64,000 bases of DNA from the NCBI RefSeq assembly GCF_009914755.1, contig NC_060931.1. One strand, written 5' to 3'. A program made the position numbers and the translations under genes. Below, piece by piece: positions 44,251-59,640 of the stretch. Each line of letters starts with the position of its first letter. Position 1 is the stretch's first letter. Under the pieces are notes generated by a model. The model had not been told where the DNA came from, ran no database searches, and saw only the letters and a program-made list of their open reading frames with translations. The stretch comes from the human T2T-CHM13v2.0 reference genome, Homo sapiens.

Positions 44251-44429
44251 GGGATTGTGAAAATGAAAAGTTGGCAATGCCTGAAAGTACCTTGCTCAGT
44301 AAATGTAGGGGAAGACAGACATAAAGGGCTCAGTCTAAGATCACTAAAAGATATTAAGACCAATTATCAGGGAAAAGAAGGCCTCTCATATCACTTCCCT
44401 TAGCTTGGCACCTACCTCGTGTGTTGTAA

Positions 44430-44850
44430 GTGCTGCTTATTTGCCTCTATCCACCCCTGTTTTCCCCAGGAGCATGGACTGGAACTGAATTGTTCCCTTT
44501 GGATCCCCGGTACCCAACTCGGATTCTGGCATATAATAGTAATTCCAAAATTATTTGAACAATTGCATGGATGAGTCATTTTCATAAATAGGTAAGGCAG
44601 GAGAAAAAGTTGATTTGAAAGAAGAGATAACCTTTGACATTAGACATATTAAAGTTTGAGAGGCCAGGGATATCTGGAAATTGCCAGCCATTGAGAATAT
44701 AAAACCGAGTTGGGAAAGGTGCAAGTAATAACACAGATTTGCAAATCGCCTATACAAAGTTGATCATTGTCAGGCCGTGTGAGTTCTCCAAAGGAGAAAT
44801 GTAGAAGAGGAAGACAGGCTTAGCTAAGAGTTTTTATTCCAAGAATAGGA
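44430..44850. mobile_element. L2 fragments (both orientations)
   Basis: L2 3' end near 44520-44575 followed by reverse L2 body. Confidence 0.55.
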
Positions 44851-44859
44851 AGAAGAATA

Positions 44860-45110
44860 GGCAGGCATTGGATATGAATGGTGAATTCCCACCTGCGAAG
44901 ATGAGGAGGGCATCCTGAGCAAGTCATAATCCTTATGAGAAGCCAATGTTTATCATCTTTGATCTTGGGATCTTGTTCATGGATTTCTCTCCCCAAACAT
45001 TTATATGCTTTGATCTAGAAGTACTGGAAATATTCCCAAGGGAATTAAGCAACTCAGAAGTTATATATGCCAATAATTTCCTTACAGAATGACCTACAAC
45101 AAAAGTCACA
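44860..45110 (+). mobile_element. Candidate ancient RT fossil S (Rex/CR1-like)
   Basis: GILFMDFS 44967-44990, FDL, NNFLTE*P 45072-45095 (~DFLT.RPQ). Confidence 0.5.
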
Positions 45111-45285
45111 TTCTCCAGAGAAGTAAAGAAAGATAGAGAGGGCAAGTGAATATGCAGCACAGGAAGATAAAAAATCAAAACGTTTTAACTAGTAATTTTA
45201 TCACATTTAGTGTGAAACATATTTCTTACTACAATGTTTTATTGAAAACATTGCTAAATGTCATTTTGTTAATACAGAAGTTTAA

Positions 45286-45649
<364 letters not shown>

Positions 45650-45679
45650 TGGATTTCAATATTTCAAGATAAAAAATTC

Positions 45680-45840
45680 CAGTTCAGTGAGTAGGAATCC
45701 TCAAACCTTTGTTCCTGCTTTCCCACGTGACCTTGGGTGGGTCACTTAGTTCTGATGGGCCTTAAGTCTCTTATTTGTAAAATGATGAGAGATGTTAGGA
45801 ATTTCTTAAGTCCTTTCCAGCTCTAAAATTCTTTAATTTT
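45680..45840 (+). mobile_element. MIR
   Basis: GTGACCTTGGG..TCACTTA..TTGTAAAATG. Confidence 0.75.
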
Positions 45841-45869
45841 ATGGTTTTGAAGTCAACAGTTTGGAGCCT

Positions 45870-46310
45870 CCTGTCTTGTATTTATGTAGTCAAGAAAAGA
45901 GAGATTGCCCCAGTAGTCAGTCACGTGAACTGGATTCAGGTTATTTCCTTTGTGGTAATTGCAAATGAAGCTTTGTTAGTAATAAACATTAGGTGTTTTG
46001 TTTTTTGTTTTTTGTTTTTGTTGTTGTTGTTGTTTTCAGCACCAGCTGATTAAAGCCACTTTTTTGATTCTTCGGGTTACTTCCCCTTCAGATACTGACC
46101 ACACCTAGGCAGCTCAAGACTTTCTTCTGGCTCTGAGTCTTACCATACAGTAACCAAAGTGTTATGCTCAAAAAGGACTTTAACACCAATGATTCATCAT
46201 TTCAAACCTCCAGGAAAGATGATATTACAATGTTAAAAACAATGTATGAAGGCACTAGCAAATATATAGAGCAATGAATAAATTCAAAAATAACAGAGCA
46301 TGAAATATTA
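45870..46310 (-). mobile_element. Candidate ancient RT fossil T
   Basis: ALLFLNL, SAF, LVLK, LYG, IK-WL, LPQ-GNNLNPV (~VPQGSVLGPV), YIN. Confidence 0.45.
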
Positions 46311-47089
46311 TCAACGATTTATTTCTCAGCCACGTAAAACTTCCTAGAATATGTTAGAGTATGTGACCATTTAAGTACCATCAAAATGTTACAAAAGTTA
46401 TCCTGCAAAAAACAGATCAGTATCTTTAAAGTTAACTGTTTACTACCCAAGTAACCTTGGAAGTCTTAGAAGGGTATGGCTTCGAGCCACGTTGGAAACA
46501 AATATACTCAGCTATTTATCTACAAAGGCAAAATGCATATGTTTGGGAAATGAACATATCCCAGGGTATTAGAATAGAATAGACAAACAAAAGTTGCGTG
46601 ACTTAAATTTGCCCTGGACTTTAATATAAAATCTAAGGGGAAAAATTTGATATATTGTTTTTATTTCATTTTAGAATAATTCTATAATAATGATGATGAT
46701 GGTTTGACAAGTACATGTTACAAAACATTTATGAGGTCTAGCATAGTGTTCCTGGAACATAGCAGTAAATTTTTGTTGTTATATTGGCAAAGTTCACATT
46801 GTGAAGGTAATTTAGTCTACATGGCATTCAATAAACTGCACATTGGCACAGTTAGGGCTAGCTCGACCTTAGAATATATTGTTTTTTTGGGGGGAAACAT
46901 TTGGAAAAGATGTATGTAATTTATAAAGTTTAATTGAATTAAAATAGCATAATTTAGTCAAAATTCAGCTTAATAAATAAAAATAACCTAAATTAGCACA
47001 TTATTGATAGTAAGTTTTTAAACCTACAAAGAATTGATTAGTGAATACTGTAAATATTAAATACAAGTAAGTCACAAATGTAAAATATT

Positions 47090-47325
47090 GTCAGCTAAAC
47101 ATTAAATAGTTCTCATTATGTGCAGTGTGTATGCTAAATTCTCTATTAACTGACATTATCTCAATCAGTTCCGATAACAATCCTTTGAAGTAGTAACTAT
47201 TACCCCATTTTCAGATGAGAAAACTGAGTCCTAGAGACTTGCCTCTAACCGCACAACTGAAGTCATCCATCATTTGAACTCCGTATCTGTCTGGTTCCAA
47301 GGCTCGAAATCTTAACCACTTGTGC
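47090..47325 (-). mobile_element. MIR
   Basis: CCCCATTTTCAGATGAGAAAACTGAG. Confidence 0.88.
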
Positions 47326-47489
47326 CCCTCAGTGAGCATGAAATAAACACTAATAAACGGAAATCATGGAAACAGGGATTCATAATAGCCATTTTTACTT
47401 GCTCAAGGGAATAGTATTATAAGATGTAATTGAATCATCTTTCATAAAGAAATGAGTAAATCTAAATAAAATCATGCACATAGTATGCC

Positions 47490-48460
<971 letters not shown>

Positions 48461-48599
48461 ATGAAAAGGGCACCAACTTTTTTGGTTCACAAAGAAAATA
48501 ACATGAAAAGAAGAAGAACCAGAATCATTATATGCCCTCTTTAAAAAAATATGACTTGCACTGTCTTTGTCTCTTCTTTCCAGGGTAGCCTTCTGCCTT

Positions 48600-49150
48600 G
48601 TGACTTAGCGATTATTTGTTGAGAAATACAGGAGGCTTTTCATATGGGGTGACTCATTAATAATGAGAGCCAGTCCTGCTTCTGTCAGTCTCCTTAGCAT
48701 TGCTAACCAGGCTGCTGTGGCCCTGGCTCTGCTGCCACGTAATTCACAGGCCCACACATTGACCACCTCCACCCTGCTGGAAGCATGTCACCTATTGTCA
48801 CCCCCTCACTAGCAATTCTTTATGGATTCCTCCCTAGGACTGAGCTGAAAGTTTTTCAATTAAGCCTGATTAATTTCTGGAGACTCCCCTCTAATTTGGA
48901 AACTTCAGTTCTGTAGATACAGTGCGTTAAGTCTCCAAGGAAACCATGACAATTTGTGACTCTGGAGCTCAAGAACTAATTCTTACCTGCTTTAGTAATA
49001 CTGACAGTGTCATGACAGCTTCAGGAGGCTGCCGTTTCCACAGTGAGAGATTCTGTAAATCGATTATTAATGAAGCACTGCCATATTTTATGTGACTGTA
49101 CTTTTGAGGGAGCATGTTTATATTTAATTATTGAAATTTGAGCTATGCAA
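48600..49150 (+). mobile_element. Candidate ancient CR1-type RT fossil V
   Basis: LINNESQSCF 48653 (~LI.NSQHGF), LLTRL, FMDSS, KVF, RLPSNLE 48881 (~RLLSKLE), W-LKN. Confidence 0.5.
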
Positions 49151-49825
49151 TGGCACAGCAGCACAAAAGTCAGCTATTATCTCCCCAAAACGGTTCAAAA
49201 ATCAATCTTCATTCCAAAACCCATAATAAAAAAATAAAAAAATAGCAATTTATTAAAAAATGAAAGACGTCCTATGTCAGAAAAGCTATCATTAGTTGTG
49301 CTAAAACTAATATGTACACAGTTTTTAAAGAGAGATGTGCATAATTATGCAAAAGAATTTTAAGCACTTAGTGAATGGTGGACCCACTGAATTGTCACTA
49401 TCATTGGTAGTTTGACATTTGCCCTGCTTCTGCCTGTCACACTAACCAAGGAGGCAGCTGTTATTAGAGATGTGTATGAATAGTATTTAATAAAAATAAA
49501 TAAATAAGTGAATAGCTACTTGTGTTACCATGTTCCCACCCTCTCTGGAGTGTGATCAACTTGTCCTATTGAAGTTTTGACCTCTTCTAGAGTCAAGAAT
49601 TTTGCCTGTACAGCTGCTTCTGAAACTGTGATCACGGAGGGGCAATACATAGAAAGTAAGAGTGGGATGACAAGAAAACCTTCCCAGTTGGCAAGTAGTG
49701 GCCTTAGAATTCTTATCTTAAAGAGACTGGGGTAGCAATCTGAATATGAAGTGGCATTCATGTAGCATTTTACATAGAGGTGCAAAATGGATGGGCACTG
49801 CTCAAGTTCATGGAAGTCTAAATCT

Positions 49826-50047
49826 TCCCAATCTACTCACCCTGCTGTCACTGGCTCTTCAGTGCTTGGTTCCTATGCTTTAGGAGAATGGTGGGGCCAC
49901 TGAAGTCTTCTGAGTGGTATGTGATGTGATCAGATCTCCCAATCTACTCACCCTGCTGTCACTGGCTCTTCAGTGCTTGGTTCCTATGCTTTAGGAGAAT
50001 GGTGGGGCCACTGAAGTCTTCTGAGTGGTATGTGATGTGATCAGATC
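49826..50047. repeat. Perfect 111-bp tandem duplication
   Basis: 49826-49936 identical to 49937-50047. Confidence 0.98.
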
Positions 50048-50760
50048 TGCATTTTATAAAGATACCTCTGAGACAAAGCAGGAGGAGATATATCACTTTG
50101 CCCAAAAAAGAAAGGATAATGGCTCGAACTCAGTTACTGTGGGAGGAAGAGTGGTCAAAGGCCACAACTGTCATTTACTATGAGAGGCATTTTAAATGCC
50201 TTATTTTATTTACTCTTCAGAATAACACTGCACGATAGCATAATTGTGCCCATTCTGTAGAGTCTTAGAGATGTAAAGTTAGTGACACAGTAACATAGTT
50301 CATGAGTGAGGGGTGATGGGGCTGCAATTTAACTGAGATGTGCTTGAGTGTAAAGCCATGATGTTTCATAGTTAAGAGCTAGCGCTAGGTAAGTAAGCAG
50401 TTGTTAGCATGTAATGGGGGTGTAATCAAGGTTGACTAAGGTTTTCTGCTTAGTTTATGGGTAGTTGATAATACTGTTCAGAGACAGAGAGAAACGAAAA
50501 AGAACAACAACGGATTTGGAAGGAAAGATAATAAGTCTGTTCAGGAAAGAATCATGTTTAAGTCAGTGCAGAATATGCAGAGGGATGTACCCAACAGAAG
50601 GTTGGAAACTCAGGTCTGGAGATTTAGAAACTTAGAAATAACTAGAGGTTCTAAGAAAAGTTGACGCCATGTAAGTTGATAAAATTGCCTGTAGATGTTG
50701 GAGAAAATAAGAAGAAAAGAGAACTAGGGGTAGAATCTTGAGAAAACCTAGAAAACATTA
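49985..50760 (-). mobile_element. L2 body with a nested MIR (about 50170-50370)
   Basis: GGGGCCACTGAAG..ATGTGATCAGATCTGCATTTTA and later L2 motifs. Confidence 0.65.
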
Positions 50761-51888
50761 GGACCGACTGGGTGATTTATAAGAAGTGTGACTGGCCTGG
50801 ATTTTCCCCTAGATCAATCAGAATTTCTAAAGTGGGGCCCAGGTATAGGCAAGTTATAAAAACTCCCCAATGATTCTATTGTGAAATACAGCCTGAAACC
50901 ATGATCTGAGGAGTGGGCAAAGTGAAGGGAGAGTGATGTGAAGTCTGAGGACCACCAGGGGAGAACAGCAGCTTGTCATAAGCTGAAAGAGGTCTGGTAA
51001 AATGGGACCCGCAGAAAGGCTGCTTTCAGGAATTGTCTTGGTGGAATCATAAAGAAGGAAGGTAACCACCTGGATAAAAACCAGAACAGAATTAGGGTGT
51101 GTGGCTTCTCCTCTCAAGGACTTATGTGGTAAATCAAAGTAGAAATCTAAGAATATTCTTGGTCTGTGGGAGTGGGATGGCTGGGAGAGACTTCATCCTG
51201 TTTACTGGCTGTGCAGAGCCATCCGGCTGTACAAAGCTGGAAAGAAAAAGAACATAGAAGGGAGAAGAGACTATTGAGATCCTGCAACAGGTGAGTGTGT
51301 GGAAATTGAATCAAGAGCATAAGTTGGTCTTGAAAAGAAAGAGGCACATTCTTCCTTAGTTAGATCACAATAAGTGAGGATAGATGGAGACCAATAAGAA
51401 AATGAAAGGAAGGTGAGTTCAGAGTTCACATCTGATCATCATTATTTTTCAGACGTAGAAGGCTATTGGGTTCCTCTTTCCTAAAAAGGTACACCCAGAG
51501 GTATCTCAGCGCAGCTCAGGTTGGTCTGGGTCCTGTGGTGGAGATTTGAGGCACCTCTTGCTTAATGACTGTAGAATGTACAACTGAGGGCAAATCCCAG
51601 AAGTTAAGTTTTGAGGGAGTGAGGAACTTAAAGCCAATAAGTCTAGATAGAAACAGGAAACCAAGACATGGCACTGAAACAAACTGAGAAGCCAGGAGAC
51701 CCAATTAACTAAGTTGTCAAAGCAGGCAGCAGGCAAGGGGCAGCCTAGCTGGAGAAACCCCGGGCAGGTGCCTGCAGCTGCTGCTTGTGTCTTCCCTGCA
51801 ACTGCCTGCACACTCTGCAGGTGCATTTCAACAGAATACAGAGGTTAAGTCATTTCTGGAGTGTGACTGGAATGATGGCAGAGTGTGA

Positions 51889-52212
<324 letters not shown>

Positions 52213-52254
52213 TCTGCCATCTCTTTCATCAGTCACCAGGGCCCATTGTTTTAG

Positions 52255-52600
52255 GAGGCATAGAGATGAGCCCAATAATCCCTCCTATCTCATATTCTGC
52301 AATGTGACTTCACCATTCCTCCCTTTAAGATGTGGAGTCTATTTCTCCTTCTGAATCTGGGCTATACCTGTGACCTACTTTAACCAATAGAATGAGGTGG
52401 AAGTGATGTATGACTTCTGAGCCTGGGAATCTGTTGGGAATCTAGCTGCCATAGAAATAAGCTATGAATAAGGAGAGACCACAGAGGATGAGGGGGAATT
52501 GTAGAAGAGAACTGAGGTGCCCCAGCCAACAACCAGGACCAAGACTCCTGATACGTGCATAGGGCCATCTTAGACACTCGAGTATCATTGAGCTGATTCA
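52255..52600 (+). mobile_element. MLT1 LTR fragment
   Basis: GCAATGTGACTT..GTGGAGTCTATTTC..AACCAATAGAATG.GGTGGAAGTGA. Confidence 0.8.
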
Positions 52601-52624
52601 GACTTCCTCAGACACAGCTTCTAT

Positions 52625-53725
52625 AGAATGGAACATTCTTTTGTGTTTCTTTACATGGGTCTCATCATTTTTAGTGAACATTGGACATTTTAAATACTAT
52701 AATGTGGCAACTCTGAAAATGAAATTCTCCTTCCTCTCCTGAGTTTGTTGTTGTTGCTGTTTATTATTGTTTTTGCTATTGCTGAAAGTTTGTTGTGTGA
52801 CTTTCTTGAACTAACCCTGCGAAGTCTGTATATTCTTTGTTATGTGTGGCTGCTGAAGAGTTTGCTCAGTCAGCTTAGTGGTCAGCTGATGACTGGGCAG
52901 TGATTTCCCTAAATGCCTGGAACCAGTAAGTCTCCCTTATCTCCTATATTTTATGTGAGTGTTGGGGCATACCTTAAACATTTAGGCAGGCAGTTTACAA
53001 CTCTACCTTAACCTTCACTTCCTACTTGTGCAGAGCCTCAAGGTCATCCAGAGGTGAGAGTTTAGGCCTTCTAAGGTCTTTCCTGAGCATACACACAGCT
53101 CTGGCCACACACCTATTTCTGTATATATGCATGATCTCCAAGATTCCCAGGTTCATGTGAGATCTTTTCAGATCCCCTTTGTTCATCTCATTTCCCAGAT
53201 GTTTCTTTTAAGTGTTGTGGCTAGCTTGTTATTTGTTTCCTCAGGCAGCTGTGATGCTAAACAATTGCCATGGGTTGTTTTCAACAAATGCCTTGAGGGA
53301 AAACTATTTGCGTTGGATGAACTCTGAGTCAGGGCAAATAGAGACAAGCCCTGCAAGTGGAGCTGCCAGACATGTCAAATAATGACAAATCTCTGGGAAA
53401 GGGATTTAAAGAAGCTCCAGCTTCATTCTGCCCCCTCCTGTGGCTCCTAGGCTGCTGGTTTTCACTGTGATTGCAGGCCGTTGGTTTTTAAGGCTTCCAC
53501 AGAACTAGTGATGGGGAATGGAAACAGTGCAAGTTAAAATGCCACAAAGTGCCCAGCTCTTACCAAGATTTCACCTTTTTCTTGAACACATACTCTCCAG
53601 ACTGAAGTTGTCTTTCGTTAATTTAGAGTTTTGAAAAAGTTTAACAATTTATGCCAGGATTTTCGTTGCTTTTACAAAGAAAAGACTTTTTGGAGGGCCT
53701 TATTCCACCTTTCTTGCTAACATCA
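52625..53725 (-). mobile_element. Old L1M (L1MC/MD) 5' region fragment
   Basis: GGACATTTTAAATA.TATAATGTGGCAACTCTG and GGCAGTTTACAACTCT..CCTTCACTTCC motifs. Confidence 0.6.
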
Positions 53726-55313
53726 CTTTTTTTGCAGACTTGGGCAATTTGTATCACCTCTCTAAGACACAGAACTCAGGATAAACATTTTGGATTAAAT
53801 AAGTTAAATATGATAAAGTGCCTACAACATGGAAGAAGATTGACAAGTGGTAATGGTTGTGTGAGTGAGTTGTTGAAGTGGAGTGAAAGCTGATGTTATG
53901 TAGTAGAGAGGTCGAAGCATGTGCTTGAATCCCTCTACCCCAACCTTTGCTCTCTTGTGTGGTCTGAAGAAAGAAAAAATGAATTGGCCTAGCCAGGACA
54001 GGCCAGACCCACGGTTACTGTGGAGATCCTTAGGACTTGAGATATACCTGAGTCTATAAGGATGCTGAGAGACAGAGAAGTGAGTATGCCTTGAGAAACT
54101 GCAGTTTAGAATCCCAAATTAAAGTTAAAACACTGAATTTCAGTCCCAGGGAAAAGATTAGGATATGGGTCCCAAGACCAAGACATGGGATTAGGTAGAA
54201 ATCAAGTGAGTGTTAGTACAGATTAGAAATAGGGATGGGGGTTAGTTAGATGGAGAGGACAAGTGTAAAAAAAGGACCCCAGCATGACTCCTAGGCCAGT
54301 ACAACCTTCCAATATGTGTTGCATTAATGAGGATAAGGAGGCTTTAGGGCTGAAGGTGAGGGAAGAGGATCAAGTGAGGTTTACACAGAAAGGCCACAGC
54401 TAAAATAATGCTGGAAAGGAGGTGGAATATTAAGCCATGAGGAAGAGACTCCTTCCTATTCTTTACACATTAATGGACTCTTTCTTCTCCTCTGTGGTAG
54501 AGGTGTTTTGGATATTTTTTTCTCCTTGGCAGAATCCCCACCAAAATCCTTTTATCACCTAACTAAAGTCATGCATCAATGAGAGGCAGAGTGAGGCAAA
54601 GGTAAACCCAGAATTTAAAGATAGCAAACTACCAGCACTGAATCCATTTATAGGCACTTCTCAAACTTCTCAGCGTAGTTAGATAGTGGACTCCTGGCTT
54701 CCTCAATTGATATTGTTCAAGGAACGTAACCTAATTTTATTATTAGAGAAAACACAAGGAGGCAAATTACAGGCAAAAAGGAATGTGTTCAAGAATAAAT
54801 TTTAAAATAGTGATAGTTTGACATTATCTTTGTCATGATTTTGTTTTAAATCGCTTCAAAATTTATTGAGTTCTTTGCATGTGGTAGGCACTCAGTTAGG
54901 ACCTGGGAGTGAGATAAGGCCAACAAGCACTTAATCCATTTGAGTGATGACAGAGAGAATGGAGACAGACAAAAACCAGCTAAATTACAAAGCCCCCCCC
55001 CCAAAAGAAAACAGAAACCTTAAGTGTTAAAAATAAAGATATATAAGTAATGAACTATGGGAACGTGAAGGAAGACACAGTTAAAGAAATCTTCACACAA
55101 GAGGTAGATAGAAAGAGATATGAGTAACCCAGTGTTTTAAAGAAAAGGATTTTGATAGGCAAAAGATTTTGTCTCCATTAGAAACTGACTTCTTTAAAAT
55201 GAGAACTTTTATTTTTGTCTCCTATTTCATGTATTAACATGAACGTATAACATTAACATGTATGTATAAGTTAATCCCCCATATAACAATTACAATCAGA
55301 AATGTAATTGTTT

Positions 55314-55605
<292 letters not shown>

Positions 55606-56024
55606 TTAAGAAAAATAAAGCTATTTGAGTTTTTACTTTTCAGTAAGGAGTTCCATCAATCTATGAGCAGATTAGAATTTTAGAGAACTTTCTAACTGAA
55701 TAGGTATTTTGATTTTATTTACAATAAAATTTTATTACTCATAAAATTTACTGAAATATTTGTAGGACGATGTTCTTTTTCTCTTCTGAAATGATGTACT
55801 GAAACATTAGAGTTAGAGAGTGACCTGATTCAAGGTCATGCAATAAGTCAGGACAATGTTGAAACCTTATAACATATTCTGAATTTCTAATATAGTTGAA
55901 TGATCTATTGGGGCATCATGAGCATAAATAAGTCTTGGTTCACATGATTTGAGTGCTATCTAAAGAGTTCCAATGTTTGCTGCCTGAGAAAGTAAAATAT
56001 TTTTAAATTATACATTAATTAAAC

Positions 56025-58065
56025 AATGCTTTTATTTAGCAGAGTGATGAAAGTTCTAGCCTGTTCAACAAGGCAAGAAAAAGAAATAAAACACATGCAG
56101 ATTGGAAAGGAAGAAATCAATCTTTTCCTATTTGCAGATAACATGATAGTCTATATAGAAATTGCAAGCAATCACACAAAACTCCAAGAAGTTCAGCAAG
56201 GTCACAGAATACAAGATCAACCTACGAAAATCAATTGAATATCTATATACTAGCAATGAACACATAGAAAGTCAAAGTAAACACACAAAACCATTTACAA
56301 TGATTTTAAAAAGTGAAATACTTAGGAAAAAAATCTAATTACACATGTACAGGACTGGCATGCTGAAAACTACATAGCACTGATGAAATAAATAAAACAA
56401 GCTATAAATAAATAGATATACTGAGCTCATGGGATCAGAAGTCTCTACACATTAAAGATGTCAATTCTAACCTAAATTAATCCATATATTTAATGCAATT
56501 ACTATCAAAATCCCAGCAAGGCTTTCTGTATATATAGTGTATATTCTAAAATTGATATTGAAAGCCTAGTACACTCACATACGCATGGTCAACTGATTTG
56601 TGACAAAGATGCAAAAGCAATTCAGTGGAGGAAAGAGAATCTTATTACTAAATGGTGCTGAATAAACCTAAACCTCATACCTTATACAAAAATTAACTCA
56701 ATATGTATCATAGATTTGAATGTAGAATGTAAAACTATAGAAGTTTTAGAAGAAAATATGCAAAGAAATCTCCAGAACCTAGAGCTAAGCAAAGAGTTCT
56801 TAGGTATAATATAAAAATCAGGCTCCATAAAATGAAAATAAAAATAATAAATTGGACTTTATAAAAATTATAACTTTTTGTTTTATAAAAGGTTCTGTTA
56901 AGAGTATGACAAAGCAAGCTACCCATGGGGAAAATATTTGCCAACCACATAATGACAGGATTCATATCTAGAATATATAAAGAACTCTCCAAACTCTACA
57001 GTGAAAAAACAACCATCAAATTAGAAAATGTGGTAAAGATATGAATGAACATTTCACAAAAGAAGATATACATATGGCAATATGTATATCAACATCAACA
57101 GCCATCAGGGAAACACAAATTAAGACCAGAAAGTGATACCACCACACACCATTTAAAACAGCTAAAATGAAAATAGTGACAATACCAAATGATGGTGAGG
57201 ATGCAAAGAAACTCCATTACTCATACTTTGCTGGTGGGGACATAAACTGCTACAGCCAGTCTGGAAAAGAGTTTGGCAGTTTTTAAAAAATCTAAACATA
57301 TACTCACTATACAACCAAACAATGACACTCCTGGGCATTTATCCCAGAGAAATGTAAACTTCTGTCCACACAAAAATATGTACATGAATGTTCATAGCAG
57401 CTTTATTTGCAACTGCCAAAAACGGGAAACAATCCACTGTTCTTCAGTGGGTGAATAGTTAGGCAATCTATGATACATCCATATCATGGAACACTACTTC
57501 ACAACAAAAATAAACAAACAATTGGCACATGCAACTACTTAGAAGGATCTCAATGGAATTATACCGGGTGAAAGAAACCAGCCTTGAAAGGTTACCTACC
57601 TTATTATTCCATTTATACAACAATTTCAAAATGACGTTAAAGAGATGTAGAACAGATTTGTGGTTGCCAGTGGTTGGGGATGAGATGGGGGACTTAGGAA
57701 GAAGGGTGAGGAGAGGAATGGGTATGATTCTAAAGGGGTAACAAGAAGGATCTTTGTGATTATAGAACAGTTCCTTGATTGTGATGATGACTACCTGACC
57801 CTATGCAGATGCTGAAATTGCATGAAATTATACACATACCATACACACTCAAATGAGTGCATGTAAACCTGGTAAAATTTGAATACTGTCTATTGATTTT
57901 ACCAACATCAATTTCCTGGTTGTGATATTATACCAGTTATGCGAGATGTTATATAAGATGATACCTTGAGGGTAAACTGGGTGGAAAATAGATGAGACCT
58001 CTCTGCAATGGTTTTTGCAACTTTCTGTTTACCTATAATTATTTCAAAATATAAAGTTAAAAATA
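56025..58065 (+). mobile_element. L1MC/MD LINE, ORF2 3' part and 3' UTR
   Basis: [28 protein letters not shown]; L1MC/D-type 3' end. Confidence 0.88.
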
Positions 58066-58569
58066 ATAACTTTATTTTAAAAACAACTTTATTGTTAAAA
58101 ATAATAACTTCGTAAATGTGCTTTTTTTTTGGCTTAATGTTTAGTGTTGTGGGGGTGGGGATGAAAGTATAAGAAAGGTATGACGCCAACATTGCTTTGC
58201 TTTTGCTTTTGCTATATGCAAAGTTTAAACTTTGTCATGAATTATTCAATTGGCAAAAAGGCTAAAATTAAGATCTCAGTCTGGTTGTTTGAGACTTATG
58301 GGAAGATTTTGTTTTTCAACTTCTGATGAACTTTAAATATTTAAATTTAAAAAAAAGGTTTTCCATGTATTCTACTTGCAAAAGTGTTTATTTCAAAATA
58401 AGGTGTTAAAATATATGGAAGTAAATATTTTTTAGAGTTATTATTTGATGATTTGGAGTGCCAAGTGTGTGGGTGTTTGCTGTAGTATCCTTTACACATC
58501 TCAATATTAATGTTTCAAAACTCAACAGCCATTGCAACCAAAAGGCCCTGGACCAGAAGCTTGACTCCC

Positions 58570-58692
58570 AAACCAGAAGGTTTGGGAGTCCATCCAAAGA
58601 GATTCTGGTATGAGGTCCTCTAAATCTGGAATTTAAAAAGTGTCCTGGGTGGATTTGGATAAGCAGCTAAGTTTGGAAACTCCTGGACTAGA
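58570..58692. mobile_element. MER5-type fragment
   Basis: AGAGATTCTG..AAGTTTGGAAACTCCTGGACTAGA. Confidence 0.55.
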
Positions 58693-58749
58693 GGATGCTG
58701 AAGTCCCTCTTCTACACATAAAATAACAAGGGGCACTAGAATCAATTTG

Positions 58750-59640
58750 TAAGACTTGATTTTGACTCCCACAGATTTTCTCAGGAAGAAATTTTCTATT
58801 CTTCTGGGATGGAGTGTGTGCGACCCATCCACTCTTATTTTGTTGTCCTCTCCTGGTCATGTGCGACTTGCCATGACTTATCTTATTTTCCCTTGGTGCA
58901 CTTACTACTTCCTAGTAATGTGCTGTAATCCTTCCTACAATGTGCTGTAATCCTTATCTGTGTTTCTGTGCTTATTTTCATCATTAAGGAGTGGACTTCT
59001 GAGTGAGTCTTTGGAATTCATTAGTTAATGTTTTGATGATTAAACACTTGCATTTCATGACCCAATTCACATCTCTTATTAGGAAGAAAATATATTCTAA
59101 TTCAAGAGTCTTCACTAATTCTTCAGATTACTCTAGCAGGCAATGATTTTGAATTCTTTCAGATATTGATTGTGTAATTCTAAAGGACTCTTGAGTTGGA
59201 GGTACTGGTTGTTTGATTTGGAGCATGGTTGTTTGGATAATGACTTCAGAGGCAGTGGAGAGAGGCCATGACCTGGTCTACTCTTTATTGGAAGATGAGT
59301 CAGAGGCTTGTCTTCAGCAATTACAGAAGCCCATAGTGCTTACCTTTTATACTTCATAACCAAGTCTTCCTTCCTCTTTTACTTTATAAGCCCAATATTT
59401 GTCCCATTTTGGCTTTCAACTGCCTACCAGTTAATCTTGGTAAGGTCTCAACCTTATCAAGGTAATATCTGCCTATGTTGAATGCATAACTCCGTCCAGG
59501 GATGTCTGCATGATAACAGGAGGCTGTCGTGGACTGCTTCCAGGATAGGGAGAGAGAAAGTAACTGCCTTGATTACCACTCCGTCCTTTCCCATTTTTTG
59601 CTCTCTTCCTGGGAGGTCAGGGATGTTTGAGCCATGGTAA
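58750..59640 (-). mobile_element. Candidate ancient CR1/L3 RT fossil W
   Basis: Minus strand: GVVI, SWKQ, FNIxxxxLD, GCAGTTGAAAGCCAAAATGGGA (~ADDTKLG codons), KEDL, LWAS, QVM, QERTTK (~QRRATK). Confidence 0.6.
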
